DNA from: Bacteroidales bacterium
Lineage (GTDB): Bacteria > Bacteroidota > Bacteroidia > Bacteroidales > UBA3663
Assembly: GCA_045627865.1 (NCBI GenBank)
Contig: JAZQOK010000028.1
Location: forward strand, 33,653 to 97,652
DNA length: 64,000 nt
Direction of reading: 5' to 3'
Position numbers and translations under genes: made by a program. Below, piece after piece: positions 41,243-51,573 of the stretch (positions are counted from its first letter, which is position 1; each line of letters opens with the position of its first letter). The notes beneath the pieces were generated by a model that was not told the origin of the DNA, searched no databases, and worked only from the letters and a program-made list of their open reading frames with translations.

Positions 41243-41563
41243 TTATAAAAAGCCTAATTCTAATTTTGCCTCCTCTGTCATCATATCCTGGTTCCATTCT
41301 GGCTCGAACACAAGTTCAACTTCGCAGGAAGAGACTTCGCGAAGGCCCTCGACCTTCATACGAAGATCCTCCATCAGGAAGTCTCCTTCTGGGCATGATG
41401 GAGCGGTCAAAGTCATCTTAATGTGGACATGTCCGCCCTCCTGTACATCGATATCGTAAATGAGTCCCAAATCATAAATATTGACCGGAATTTCTGGGTC
41501 GTAAACCAGCTTACAAACATCCACGACTTGATTTTGTATCTCTAAAACCTCGTTTTCTGTCAT
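41243..41563 (-). CDS. sufT: DUF59/SufT-like Fe-S assembly protein
   Basis: YDPEIPVNIYDLGLIY, MTLTAPSCP, LVFEPEW, EEAKLELG; start set to ATG 41563, downstream of the -7 element at 41584-41591. Confidence 0.85.
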   Translation of the reverse strand: MTENEVLEIQNQVVDVCKLVYDPEIPVNIYDLGLIYDIDVQEGGHVHIKMTLTAPSCPEGDFLMEDLRMKVEGLREVSSCEVELVFEPEWNQDMMTEEAKLELGFL

Positions 41564-41684
41564 TTTATCTTTGATTTTTGGCGCAAAGATACACTTTTTT
41601 TCGAGAAAAAGTACAACATAATCCATTTTTTATTATCTTTGCACCGTATTTTTATATTATGTATATAATCTTTTTATTAAAATA

Positions 41685-43517
41685 ATGGAAATTGAACAGC
41701 AATTAGCAACCGGTGTAGTTGCAGCCGTAAAGGCCTTGTACGATGTCGAGATCGCAGACAAGCAGGTACAGGTTTCTCCTACCCGTAAAGAGTTTGAGGG
41801 ACACTTGACCGTCATGGTCTTCCCTTTCATGAAGCAGACAGGCAAAAAGAACCCAGAGGAGTTGGGCAAAGAGATTGGCGAATGGTTAGTTGCCAACGAG
41901 CCAGTTGTAGGCAAATTCAATGTTGTCAAAGGTTTCTTGAACCTCACCATCAATGCTTCCTCTTGGTTGGACAAACTTCAGGCCATCTACAGCAACACCA
42001 ACTATGGTTTGCAGCCAGTCACCGAGCAGTCTCCTCTGGTGATGATCGAATATTCTTCACCAAACACCAATAAGCCACTTCACCTTGGTCACCTGCGCAA
42101 CATCCTGCTGGGTTGGTCTCTGAGCCAGATCATGGAGGCTTGTGGCAATAAGGTTGTCAAGACCAATATCGTCAATGACCGTGGTATCCACATCTGCAAG
42201 TCTATGCTGGCTTGGCAAAAGTGGTTTGATGGTGCTACCCCAGAATCTGCAGGCAAGAAGGGCGACCACCTGATTGGCGACTGCTACGTTGCATTTGACA
42301 AACATTTCAAGGAGGAGGTAAAGAACATCCTCGCAACCGATGCTGAGGTATTGGCTATCACCGATGCCGATCCTGAGAAGCAGGCAGAACTCCGCAAGGC
42401 TGCTGCCGAGGCCAAGTCACCACTCATGCTCGAAGCTCGCGAGATGCTCCGCAAGTGGGAGGCTGCTGATCCTGAAGTTCGCAGCTTGTGGGCCAAGATG
42501 AACGAATGGGTTTATGCCGGCTTCGACGAGACCTACAAGCAGATGGGTGTCGGTTTCGACAAGATCTATTACGAATCAAACACCTATCTTGAGGGCAAGG
42601 ACCTTGTGCTCGACGGCTTGAAGGATGGTAAGTTCTTCCGCAAGGAGGATGGTTCGGTTTGGGCAGACTTCACCAACGAAGGCCTCGACCAGAAGCTCCT
42701 GCTCCGCAAGGATGGCACCTCGGTTTACATGACTCAGGACATCGGTACCGCCAAGCTCCGTTACCAGGACTTCCCTATAGACAAGATGATCTATGTCGTA
42801 GGCAACGAGCAGAACTATCACTTCCAGGTATTGTCACTCCTCCTCGACCGTATCGGTTTCAAGTGGGGTAAGGACCTTGTACACTTCAGCTATGGTATGG
42901 TTGAGTTGCCTAATGGCCGTATGAAGAGCCGTGAGGGTACTGTCGTTGATGCTGACGACCTGATGGCATCCATGATCAACGACGCCAAAGAGGTCAGCTC
43001 AGAGCGTCTGGCAGATATGACCGATGACGAAAAGAACAACGTCTATCGCATCATTGGTCTCGGTGCCTTGAAGTATTTCCTTCTGAAGGTCAACCCAATC
43101 AACAACATGGTCTTCAATCCAGCCGAATCCATCGACTTCAATGGCAATACCGGTCCATTCATCCAGTACACCCATGCTCGTATCAAGAGTGTGCTTCGCA
43201 AGGCTGGCGTGAACGATACCCTGAACGCAAATCTGGAGGGTGTTGAGATCAGCGAGAAGGAGCAGACTTTGATCCAGAAGTTGGTAGACTTCGAAGGCGT
43301 GGTACTTCGTGCTGGTCGTGAATACAGTCCTGCACAGATTGCCAATTATGCCTACGAGCTCGCCAAGGAATACAATCAGTTCTATCACGACACTCCAATC
43401 ATGAAGGAGGAGGACGAGCAGAAACGACAGCTTCGTCTCGTGCTCTCTGCTTGTGTAGCTCGCGTCATCAAGACTGCGATGAAGCTGTTGGGCATCGAAG
43501 TTCCAGAGCGCATGTAA
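41685..43517 (+). CDS. argS: Arginine--tRNA ligase
   Basis: EYSSPNTNKPLHLGH, MKSREGTVV, GNTGPFIQYTHAR, LGIEVPERM; promoter TATCTTTG at 41634-41641. Confidence 0.97.
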   Translation: MEIEQQLATGVVAAVKALYDVEIADKQVQVSPTRKEFEGHLTVMVFPFMKQTGKKNPEELGKEIGEWLVANEPVVGKFNVVKGFLNLTINASSWLDKLQAIYSNTNYGLQPVTEQSPLVMIEYSSPNTNKPLHLGHLRNILLGWSLSQIMEACGNKVVKTNIVNDRGIHICKSMLAWQKWFDGATPESAGKKGDHLIGDCYVAFDKHFKEEVKNILATDAEVLAITDADPEKQAELRKAAAEAKSPLMLEAREMLRKWEAADPEVRSLWAKMNEWVYAGFDETYKQMGVGFDKIYYESNTYLEGKDLVLDGLKDGKFFRKEDGSVWADFTNEGLDQKLLLRKDGTSVYMTQDIGTAKLRYQDFPIDKMIYVVGNEQNYHFQVLSLLLDRIGFKWGKDLVHFSYGMVELPNGRMKSREGTVVDADDLMASMINDAKEVSSERLADMTDDEKNNVYRIIGLGALKYFLLKVNPINNMVFNPAESIDFNGNTGPFIQYTHARIKSVLRKAGVNDTLNANLEGVEISEKEQTLIQKLVDFEGVVLRAGREYSPAQIANYAYELAKEYNQFYHDTPIMKEEDEQKRQLRLVLSACVARVIKTAMKLLGIEVPERM

Positions 43518-43576
43518 TCTGCGCTCTGAGACTGAACTGATAATTGAAAAATGACTATTGATAACTGAAAATTGAA

Positions 43577-45478
43577 ATGCCTAACGAAGAACAGACATTA
43601 GACGAACAGTTGGCAAATGCCGAAGCCATCGCACAATATGGCGAAGACCAGATTCAGCACTTGGAGTGGACGGAACACATCCGCCGACGTCCAGGTATGT
43701 ATATTGGTAAACAGGGCGACGGTAGCCATGCCGACGATGGTATTTATATCTTGCTGAAGGAGGTCATCGACAACTCTATCGACGAGTATGCGATGGGCTT
43801 CGGTAAGCGTATTGAGGTTAAGATCAACGAAGAGGGTCGAGTTTGCGTACGCGACTTCGGCCGTGGTATTCCATTGGGCAAACTCAATGCTTGCGTTTCG
43901 GAGATCAACACCGGTGGTAAATACGATTCAAAGGCGTTTAAGAAGTCTGTTGGTCTGAATGGTGTAGGTTTGAAGGCTGTCAATGCCCTCTCCTCTTATT
44001 TCTTTGCCCGTGCCATTCGTGATGGTCAGAAAAAAGAGATTACCTACAAGGCAGCAAAAATCATCGAAGAACGAGAGATTGAATCAACCGATGAGCCTAA
44101 CGGCACCTATATCGAGTTCATCCCAGACAACACCATCTTCGAGAACTACAAGTACCGTCTGGAATTTGTAGAGACACTTCTCAGCAACTACAGTTATCTG
44201 AATACGGGTCTCACGCTCACCCTGAACAGCAAACGATTCATCAGTAAGAATGGTTTGGCCGACTTGCTGAATGCCCGCATGGACTCTACCCCACTCTACA
44301 CACCCATCCATCTAATTGGCGAGGACATCGAGGTAGTTATCACCCACGGCAACAGCTATGGCGAAGAGTATTACAGCTTCGTCAATGGTCAGTACACCTC
44401 ATTAGGTGGTACCCATCTGGCAGCCTTCAAGGAGAGTGCAGCCCGCACCATCAAGGAGTTCTACGTTGCCAAGAACTTTGAGTTCAGCGACATCCGAAAC
44501 GGAATGGTTGCAGCCATCGCCGTCAAGGTTCAGGAACCAGTGTTCGAGGCACAGACCAAGACCAAGTTAGGTTCTACCCGTGTCGATTCGAATGATCCGG
44601 ATTCTCTCTCTATCCAGAAGTTCGTGGGCGACTTCCTCAAACGAGAACTCGACAATTATCTGCACCGTGATAGCGAGACTGCCGAAATCATGTTAGGCAA
44701 GATCTCGAGCAACGAGAAGGAGCGCAAAGAGCTGGCCGGCCTGTCCAAGATGGTTAAGGAGCGTGCCAAGAAGGTCAACCTGCACAACCGCAAACTCCGC
44801 GATTGTCACGTTCACTACAACGACGTCAAGGGCGACAAACAGGAGGAGTCCTGCATCTTCATCACTGAGGGTGATTCAGCATCAGGTTCCATTACCAAGA
44901 GCCGAAATGTCGAAACACAGGCTGTATTCTCGCTTCGAGGCAAACCGCTTAACTGCTTTGGCATGACCAAGAAGGTCTGTTACGAGAACGAAGAGTTCAA
45001 CCTGCTCCAGGCTGCACTCAACATCGAAGACGGACTGGACGGATTGCGTTACAACAAGGTAATTATCGCAACCGATGCCGATGTCGATGGTATGCACATC
45101 CGTCTTTTGCTGATGACATACTTCCTGCAGTTCTTCCCCGAGTTGGTCCGCACGGGTCACGTGTATATTCTTCAGACGCCATTGTTCCGCGTCCGCAACA
45201 AGAAGCTCACCCGCTACTGTTATACCGAAGAGGAGCGTTTGGCTGCTATCGCAGAATGTGGCAGTACGGCCGAAATTACCCGATTCAAAGGTCTTGGTGA
45301 AATCTCGCCCGACGAGTTCAAGCACTTCATCGGCGCTGAAATGCGACTCGATACCGTCATGCTCCGCAAGGAGGATGCCGTACATGAGATGCTTGAATAC
45401 TACATGGGCAAGAACACCATGGAACGACAGGAATTCATCATCAACAACCTCGTCATCGAAGAGGATGCCGTCAATTGA
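43577..45478 (+). CDS. parE: Type IIA topoisomerase subunit B (topoisomerase IV ParE type)
   Basis: [57 protein letters not shown]. Confidence 0.9.
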   Translation: MPNEEQTLDEQLANAEAIAQYGEDQIQHLEWTEHIRRRPGMYIGKQGDGSHADDGIYILLKEVIDNSIDEYAMGFGKRIEVKINEEGRVCVRDFGRGIPLGKLNACVSEINTGGKYDSKAFKKSVGLNGVGLKAVNALSSYFFARAIRDGQKKEITYKAAKIIEEREIESTDEPNGTYIEFIPDNTIFENYKYRLEFVETLLSNYSYLNTGLTLTLNSKRFISKNGLADLLNARMDSTPLYTPIHLIGEDIEVVITHGNSYGEEYYSFVNGQYTSLGGTHLAAFKESAARTIKEFYVAKNFEFSDIRNGMVAAIAVKVQEPVFEAQTKTKLGSTRVDSNDPDSLSIQKFVGDFLKRELDNYLHRDSETAEIMLGKISSNEKERKELAGLSKMVKERAKKVNLHNRKLRDCHVHYNDVKGDKQEESCIFITEGDSASGSITKSRNVETQAVFSLRGKPLNCFGMTKKVCYENEEFNLLQAALNIEDGLDGLRYNKVIIATDADVDGMHIRLLLMTYFLQFFPELVRTGHVYILQTPLFRVRNKKLTRYCYTEEERLAAIAECGSTAEITRFKGLGEISPDEFKHFIGAEMRLDTVMLRKEDAVHEMLEYYMGKNTMERQEFIINNLVIEEDAVN

Positions 45479-45576
45479 TGCGTGCGCACATAAATTGAAA
45501 GGAAAAAGGATAAAGGAAAAGTGAAAAATAGAAGTAACTATTTTAACTTCAAACTTTATATTTAACAATATTAGAA

Positions 45577-46044
45577 TTGAAACTTATATTTCCTGGATCA
45601 TTTGATCCATTCACCAAAGGGCACGAAAGTGTCGTACGCCGTGCATTGGAGTTCTCTGATGAGATCGTCATTGCCATCGGCCATAATGGACAGAAACGGA
45701 CCGGCATGTTCACCGTAGATGATCGTGTCCGTATGATCTCCCAATTCTATCAGTTCGAACCGCGCATCAAAGTGGTTTCCTATACCAACTTGACAACCGA
45801 CATCGCACGGGAATTGCATTGCACACATATTTTAAGAGGTGTACGTACGGTAATCGACTTTGAGTACGAACGTGCTTTGGCCGACGTAAACCGACACCTG
45901 ACTGGTATCGAAACCATACTGCTCTTCAACGAGCCTGCTATGGCACACATTACTTCAACAACAGTTCGCGAGCTCCTCAGCTACGGCAAGGATGTCAGCG
46001 ATTTTATTCCGGAGGGATTCCCTTTGGTTGTTCATAACCTGTAA
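45577..46044 (+). CDS. coaD: Phosphopantetheine adenylyltransferase
   Basis: FPGSFDPFTKGH, RGVR...DFEYE, ITSTTVREL; TTG start. Confidence 0.93.
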   Translation: MKLIFPGSFDPFTKGHESVVRRALEFSDEIVIAIGHNGQKRTGMFTVDDRVRMISQFYQFEPRIKVVSYTNLTTDIARELHCTHILRGVRTVIDFEYERALADVNRHLTGIETILLFNEPAMAHITSTTVRELLSYGKDVSDFIPEGFPLVVHNL

Positions 46045-46047
46045 TAA

Positions 46048-47625
46048 ATGAAAAGATCTTTTATATTCTCATTATTTATATTATGCGCATGCGCGTACGT
46101 ACGAGCTGATGTCCGTACCGCAATCTCTGACGTACAGAACGCGCTTCTTTATACCGATTACTTCTACGTTGACTCAGTCAATACCGACAAGTTGGCAGAG
46201 GATGCGATTCGAGGTATGCTCAAAGAGCTGGATCCTCACTCAACCTATCTGACCTCCGACGAAGTAAAAAGTATGAACGAAGGCCTCGGAGGAAACTTCG
46301 AGGGCATTGGTGTGCGTTATCAGATGGAGCACGATACGCTGTTAATCATCAACACCGTCGTGGGTGGACCATCCGAAAAGGTGGGAGTTATGGCAGGTGA
46401 CCGTATCGTGGCTGTCAACGATTCTGCCATAGCCGGTGTCGGAATGTCGAACAAAGAGATTCAGCGTCGTCTGCGTGGAGACAAAGGCACCATGGTCAAG
46501 ATCTCCATCCTGCGCGAAGGTGAGCTGATTGATTTCAATATCATCCGCGATAAGATTCCTGTCTACAGCGTCGACGGATATTATATGGCAACTCCAACCA
46601 TCGGTTACATCAAAGTTGCCCGTTTTGCCATAACCACCCCTAACGAGGTCGAAGAGGCCATCAAGAGTCTGGAGAAGAAGGGCATGAAGAGTGTCATCAT
46701 CGACCTTCAGGGCAATGGCGGCGGCTACTTGGAGAGTGCCGTTCAGTTAGCCAGTCTCTTCATGAACAAAGGTGAGATGGTAGTCTATACCGAGGGTCGT
46801 CGTGAACCTCGCAAGAATCATTATGCCAACCGCGAAAATCCGTTCAAAGGCAATATGGTAGTTATCATCGACGAAGAGAGTGCCTCTTCGAGCGAAATCT
46901 TTACCGGTGCCATTCAGGATTGGGACCGCGGTGTAGTCATTGGTCGTCGTTCGTTCGGCAAGGGTCTCGTTCAGCGTCCGATTGAACTTCCAAGCGGAGC
47001 TATGATCCGACTTACCATTGCACATTATTATACTCCTTCCGGACGCTGCATCCAGAAGCCATTCAAGAAAGGCGATCATGAAGGTTATCGCAAAGATCTT
47101 TTGACACGTTACAAGAATGGAGAATTTACATCTGTCGATTCCATCCACCTTTCAGATTCGCTGAAATATGTCACTCATGGCAATAGAACCGTCTATGGCG
47201 GTGGTGCGATCATGCCAGACGTCTTTGTTCCACTCGACACAACCAAACTTTCAAAGGCCCATCGAACATTGATAGCCAAGGGCTATACGAACCGATGGAT
47301 CTTGAATTATTTCAAAGAGAACCAGAAGCATCTCCACGATATCTATGCAGATTTCGAGTCCTTCGACAAAGGGTTTGAAGTGACCGACGAGATGATTGCA
47401 GATTTGTGCAATAAAGCCCGCGTTGACAGTGTCGAAATCATCGATTCTGAAATCGAGAGCTCCAAGGAGCTCCTGAAGATGCAGATCAAAGCGAATATCG
47501 CTACCGATCTTTTTGAACAGGGATCTTTCAGCCGCATCATGAATCGTCGTTCTAATGTCTTCCAGGAGGCTATCGACATTCTTTCGAACAAAAAACGTTA
47601 TCAGGAACTTCTGACAGCAAAATAA
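46048..47625 (+). CDS. S41 family C-terminal processing peptidase with PDZ domain
   Basis: LDPHSTY, FEGIGV, DLQGNGGG, SASSSEI, SFGKGLVQ, YYTPSGR. Confidence 0.93.
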   Translation: MKRSFIFSLFILCACAYVRADVRTAISDVQNALLYTDYFYVDSVNTDKLAEDAIRGMLKELDPHSTYLTSDEVKSMNEGLGGNFEGIGVRYQMEHDTLLIINTVVGGPSEKVGVMAGDRIVAVNDSAIAGVGMSNKEIQRRLRGDKGTMVKISILREGELIDFNIIRDKIPVYSVDGYYMATPTIGYIKVARFAITTPNEVEEAIKSLEKKGMKSVIIDLQGNGGGYLESAVQLASLFMNKGEMVVYTEGRREPRKNHYANRENPFKGNMVVIIDEESASSSEIFTGAIQDWDRGVVIGRRSFGKGLVQRPIELPSGAMIRLTIAHYYTPSGRCIQKPFKKGDHEGYRKDLLTRYKNGEFTSVDSIHLSDSLKYVTHGNRTVYGGGAIMPDVFVPLDTTKLSKAHRTLIAKGYTNRWILNYFKENQKHLHDIYADFESFDKGFEVTDEMIADLCNKARVDSVEIIDSEIESSKELLKMQIKANIATDLFEQGSFSRIMNRRSNVFQEAIDILSNKKRYQELLTAK

Positions 47626-47644
47626 CATCGAAAATCAGTAATAT

Positions 47645-48226
47645 ATGTCTTTCGATTTCCAGGAATTTCTTTCAGCATTTATTGTCATCTTCGCTATGAT
47701 TGACGTGACAGGACTTACGCCAGTGGTCATTGACCTCCAGCAGAAGTCCGGTCCGGTCAATGCGGTTAAAGCTGCGCTCTATTCTCTGATCGTCTTAGTT
47801 GCATTTCTCTTTGCCGGAAGTACGATTCTTGATCTTTTCAACGTAGATATTCATTCGTTTGCAGCTGCCGGTGGTGTCGTCATCTTCCTGATGGGACTTG
47901 AGATGACACTCGGTCGTGAGATATTCCGTTATAGCGATGGACCCCAAGGCTCAACGACCATCGTGCCGGTTGTCTTTCCGCTCATTGCAGGTGCCGGTAC
48001 CTTTACCGCACTCCTCTCCCTTCGTGCTGAATATAGCATTATGAATATTCTTTTGGCTCTGGCCTTGAATATCCTCATTGTTTATATAGTATTACGCAAC
48101 GTCCGCGCTCTTGAACGAGTGCTCGGGCAGGGCGGCATCTATGTCCTTCGCAAGTTCTTCGGTATCATTCTTCTCGCCATTGCCGTGAAGTTGTTTACCA
48201 GCAACATTGCCTATTTACTCTCATAA
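47645..48226 (+). CDS. MarC family membrane protein
   Basis: 6 TM segments; VPVVFPLIAGAG; RKFFGIILLAIAV. Confidence 0.88.
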   Translation: MSFDFQEFLSAFIVIFAMIDVTGLTPVVIDLQQKSGPVNAVKAALYSLIVLVAFLFAGSTILDLFNVDIHSFAAAGGVVIFLMGLEMTLGREIFRYSDGPQGSTTIVPVVFPLIAGAGTFTALLSLRAEYSIMNILLALALNILIVYIVLRNVRALERVLGQGGIYVLRKFFGIILLAIAVKLFTSNIAYLLS

Positions 48227-48227
48227 T

Positions 48228-50105
48228 ATGAAAAAGTTTTTCTCACTCATCAGCACATTGATCATCGCCTGCAGCGCTCACGCTGTCACGGTCTACACTA
48301 TCGGTGATAGTACCATGGCCAACAAACCGACCGACAAGGACAATCAGGAACGAGGTTGGGGACAGATGCTCAGCGGATTCTTCAGCGACGATGTCGTTGT
48401 CGAAAACCATGCACTCAATGGACGTTCTTCCCTGAGTTTCTATCTCGAGGGTGAATGGCAGAAAGTATATGATAAACTCCAGCCGGGAGATTATGTGTTC
48501 ATCCAATTCGGACACAACGACGAGAAGATCAAATCAGCCCGTCGAGGCACTCGTCCAGGTTGGCCGGAACCAGCACCATGTCCAGATCAGTGGGGAGTTA
48601 CAAACGACAGCATTACCACCTCTTTCGATGGTATGCTCCGTCTCTTTGTCGAACAGACCCGTCAGAAGGGTGGCATCCCGGTTCTTTTCAATGCCATCGC
48701 ACGACGCAACTTCTTCGAAAATAAGAATGCCGCCGAAGAGGATGACCTCTTTGGTAAGGGAACAACCCAGAAGCAGGAGGGTGACACCCTGATCGAAACA
48801 CACATCATCACCCGTGCTGATGGCACTGTCGATGATTATCTCGAAGCGCCACGTCGTGTAGCCCGTGACCTCAAGGTTCCGTTTGTTGAGATGAACAAGA
48901 TCAGCAAGGAGCTCGTTCAAGGCCTGGGTATCAAGGAGAGCAAGAAACTCTTCTGTTGGATTCCTAAAGACACCAACCTGGCCGCCCCTAAAGGACGTGA
49001 AGACAATACTCACCTCCGCATTTGGGGTGCCCGTCAGATGTGCCGTGCCACCATCGACGCCATCGGAGAGGCTGTTCCTGCCCTCAAACCCTATATCCGC
49101 AAATATGATCTGGTTGTAGCCAAAGATGGTTCTGGTGATTTCTTTACGGTCCAGGAGGCAATCAATGCGGTACCTGACTATAACAGCCAGGAGCTCACTA
49201 TCCTGCTCCAGCCTGGCGTCTACAAGGAGAAGCTGGTTATCCCGGCAAGCAAGACGCATGTCACACTGATTGCCAAGACCGAAGGTCAGAGCATCATATC
49301 TTACGATGATTACGCTAACCGCATCTCCGACATTACCGGTCGCAAATTAGGGACATCAGGCAGTGCAACAGTATATATCTATGCCACCGATTTTGAGGCA
49401 CGCGGCATTGTGTTCGAAAACACCGCATCAAATGTATCCTGGGAGGCTAAAAAGAGCGGAGTCGGACAGGCTGTAGCTGCGTTGGTTTCGGGCGATAAGA
49501 TCATCTTCCGTCGCTGCAAGTTCCTCGGACATCAGGATACACTCTATGCCTACGGACGCAAATCTGATCCAAAGAGCGATGAGGCGAAGGCTGAAGCCTT
49601 GGTTAGCCAGATGCCCAAGGACCAGATGAGCCGACAGTATTACGAAGATTGTTACATCAGCGGTACGGTCGATTACATCTTTGGATGGGCAACCGCCTAT
49701 TTCAACCGATGCGAGATGCACTGCATCGGCGATGGATATGTAACCGCCTCTGCCACACCCAAGGGTCTCAACTATGGTTACATCTTCAACGAATGCCGCA
49801 TTACCACCGAACCAGGCGTCAAAGCCTATCTGGGTCGTCCTTGGCGTCATTGGGCACAAACCATCTTCCTGAATTGCCAGATGGAAAACATCCAGCCACA
49901 AGGATGGAAATCTTGGGGCAATCCTGAGACCAAAAAGACTACCGTCCGTTATGCTGAATACAACAGCAAGGATCTGCTGGGTAATCCGGTTGATACATCA
50001 CATCGTGTTGTCTGGAGCCGTCAGCTCACATCGAAGGAGGCCAGTACATTCTCTGCCCTCAATGTACTGAAAGGTGTCGATAACTGGAACCCTCAAATGC
50101 AATAA
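48228..50105 (+). CDS. Bifunctional pectin esterase: SGNH acetylesterase (CE12) fused to pectin methylesterase (CE8)
   Basis: Signal peptide from ATG 48228; GDSTMA, GWGQ, GRSS, QFGHND, DNTH; then VAKDGSGDF, QAVA, QDTLY, GTVDYIFG, YLGRPW. Confidence 0.9.
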   Translation: MKKFFSLISTLIIACSAHAVTVYTIGDSTMANKPTDKDNQERGWGQMLSGFFSDDVVVENHALNGRSSLSFYLEGEWQKVYDKLQPGDYVFIQFGHNDEKIKSARRGTRPGWPEPAPCPDQWGVTNDSITTSFDGMLRLFVEQTRQKGGIPVLFNAIARRNFFENKNAAEEDDLFGKGTTQKQEGDTLIETHIITRADGTVDDYLEAPRRVARDLKVPFVEMNKISKELVQGLGIKESKKLFCWIPKDTNLAAPKGREDNTHLRIWGARQMCRATIDAIGEAVPALKPYIRKYDLVVAKDGSGDFFTVQEAINAVPDYNSQELTILLQPGVYKEKLVIPASKTHVTLIAKTEGQSIISYDDYANRISDITGRKLGTSGSATVYIYATDFEARGIVFENTASNVSWEAKKSGVGQAVAALVSGDKIIFRRCKFLGHQDTLYAYGRKSDPKSDEAKAEALVSQMPKDQMSRQYYEDCYISGTVDYIFGWATAYFNRCEMHCIGDGYVTASATPKGLNYGYIFNECRITTEPGVKAYLGRPWRHWAQTIFLNCQMENIQPQGWKSWGNPETKKTTVRYAEYNSKDLLGNPVDTSHRVVWSRQLTSKEASTFSALNVLKGVDNWNPQMQ

Positions 50106-51289
50106 TGACTATGAAAAGAAATATTATCACCATACTCGCTGTTTTGCTTGCGACATCTGTATTTGCTGCTGAGACCAACTCTCTCCGCATGGTCAAATCC
50201 GAGATAGTGCGCAATCCCGAGGCAAAGAACATAGACTTCAACACCGTTTGGAAATGGAATTACACCCATGGTCTCCTTCTGCAGTCAATGATGATGGCCG
50301 CCGAGAAGCATCCAACCATCGAAGCAACCGTCGACCAGTATGTCAAGCAGTATCTTGATAGCATGATCATGGCCGATGGCACCATCCGAACCTACAAGAA
50401 GAGCAATTATACCCTCGATCACATCAACCCGGGCAAGATGCTCATCATGGCCTACGAGAAATATCAGGAGCCACGATTCAAAGTTGCACTTGATACCCTC
50501 TACAGCCAATTGTTGAGTCAGCCTCGTGTATCCGAAGGTGGATTCTGGCACAAGAAAGTATATCCGAACCAGATGTGGCTCGATGGCATCTATATGGAGG
50601 CACCATTCTATTGTGAGTATGCCAAACGATATCTCGATGGCGAGGCCCAGCAGAATGCCTACAACGATGTCGTCAACCAGATCATGGTCGTTGCACGTCA
50701 TACCTACGATCCCGAGTATGGACTTTATCGTCACGCTTGGAATGAAACCAAAGAGGAGGCCTGGTGCAATCCGGAGAACGGACAGTCCATGCATGTCTGG
50801 GGACGTGCCTTAGGCTGGTATTGCATGGCAATGGTCGATGTTCTGGGATACCTTCCAGAGGAGCATCCTGGCAGAGACTCCATCATCTCTATTCTGAGCC
50901 CTCTCTGCGAGAAGATCCGCAGCATGCGCGACAAAGATTATGGCATCTGGTATCAGGTTATGGATCAGGGCCAACGGAATGGAAACTACCTCGAGACCTC
51001 ATGCTCGGTAATGTTTGCCTACACTTTCGTCAAAGGTGCACAGAACGGTTGGTTGTCTGAGGACTTCCTCGAAACCGGCAAACTGGTTTATGATGATTTG
51101 AACAACTACTTCATTCGCGAAGATGGTGACGATGTCATATCCATCACTCGCGTTTGCGCAGTTGCTGGCCTTGGAGGCAAGAACTATCGTACAGGCAACT
51201 ATGAATACTATATTCATGAGCCTGTCCGCGACAATGATCCCAAGGCTGTAGGTCCATACATCATGACCTCACTCCTACTGGGAGAATGA
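50105..51289 (+). CDS. Unsaturated rhamnogalacturonyl/glucuronyl hydrolase (GH105)
   Basis: WNYTHG, LDHINPG, GGFWHK..YPNQMWLDGIYM, WGRALGW, YLETS, NDPKAVG. Confidence 0.92.
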   Translation: MTMKRNIITILAVLLATSVFAAETNSLRMVKSEIVRNPEAKNIDFNTVWKWNYTHGLLLQSMMMAAEKHPTIEATVDQYVKQYLDSMIMADGTIRTYKKSNYTLDHINPGKMLIMAYEKYQEPRFKVALDTLYSQLLSQPRVSEGGFWHKKVYPNQMWLDGIYMEAPFYCEYAKRYLDGEAQQNAYNDVVNQIMVVARHTYDPEYGLYRHAWNETKEEAWCNPENGQSMHVWGRALGWYCMAMVDVLGYLPEEHPGRDSIISILSPLCEKIRSMRDKDYGIWYQVMDQGQRNGNYLETSCSVMFAYTFVKGAQNGWLSEDFLETGKLVYDDLNNYFIREDGDDVISITRVCAVAGLGGKNYRTGNYEYYIHEPVRDNDPKAVGPYIMTSLLLGE

Positions 51290-51366
51290 TACAATATTTA
51301 AACCTCCCAGTTCTAATTCTGTCAAATAAACAAAAAGCCCAAATAAACAAAATCACTTAATCTAAT

Positions 51367-51573
51367 ATGCTTAAAGTTCTATTTGCACGTCATCGTGCCG
51401 CCTATTTCAAATTGGCTCTTAAATACTGGGTCATGCCTGGTCATGTGTACAAGCTTGCACATGGTGGTCGAGCACATGGTGGAAAAGATTCCAAGATCTG
51501 CCACGAGTTGCTTGAGATGAGAATTGTACACCGTCACCATTATTCCCAGGATCCGAACCATTATGAGATGTAA
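51367..51573 (+). CDS. Small basic, His-rich hypothetical protein (68 aa)
   Basis: ATG after an A-rich leader (CTTAATCTAAT); fills the gap and overlaps the GH97 start by 11 nt. Confidence 0.55.
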   Translation: MLKVLFARHRAAYFKLALKYWVMPGHVYKLAHGGRAHGGKDSKICHELLEMRIVHRHHYSQDPNHYEM

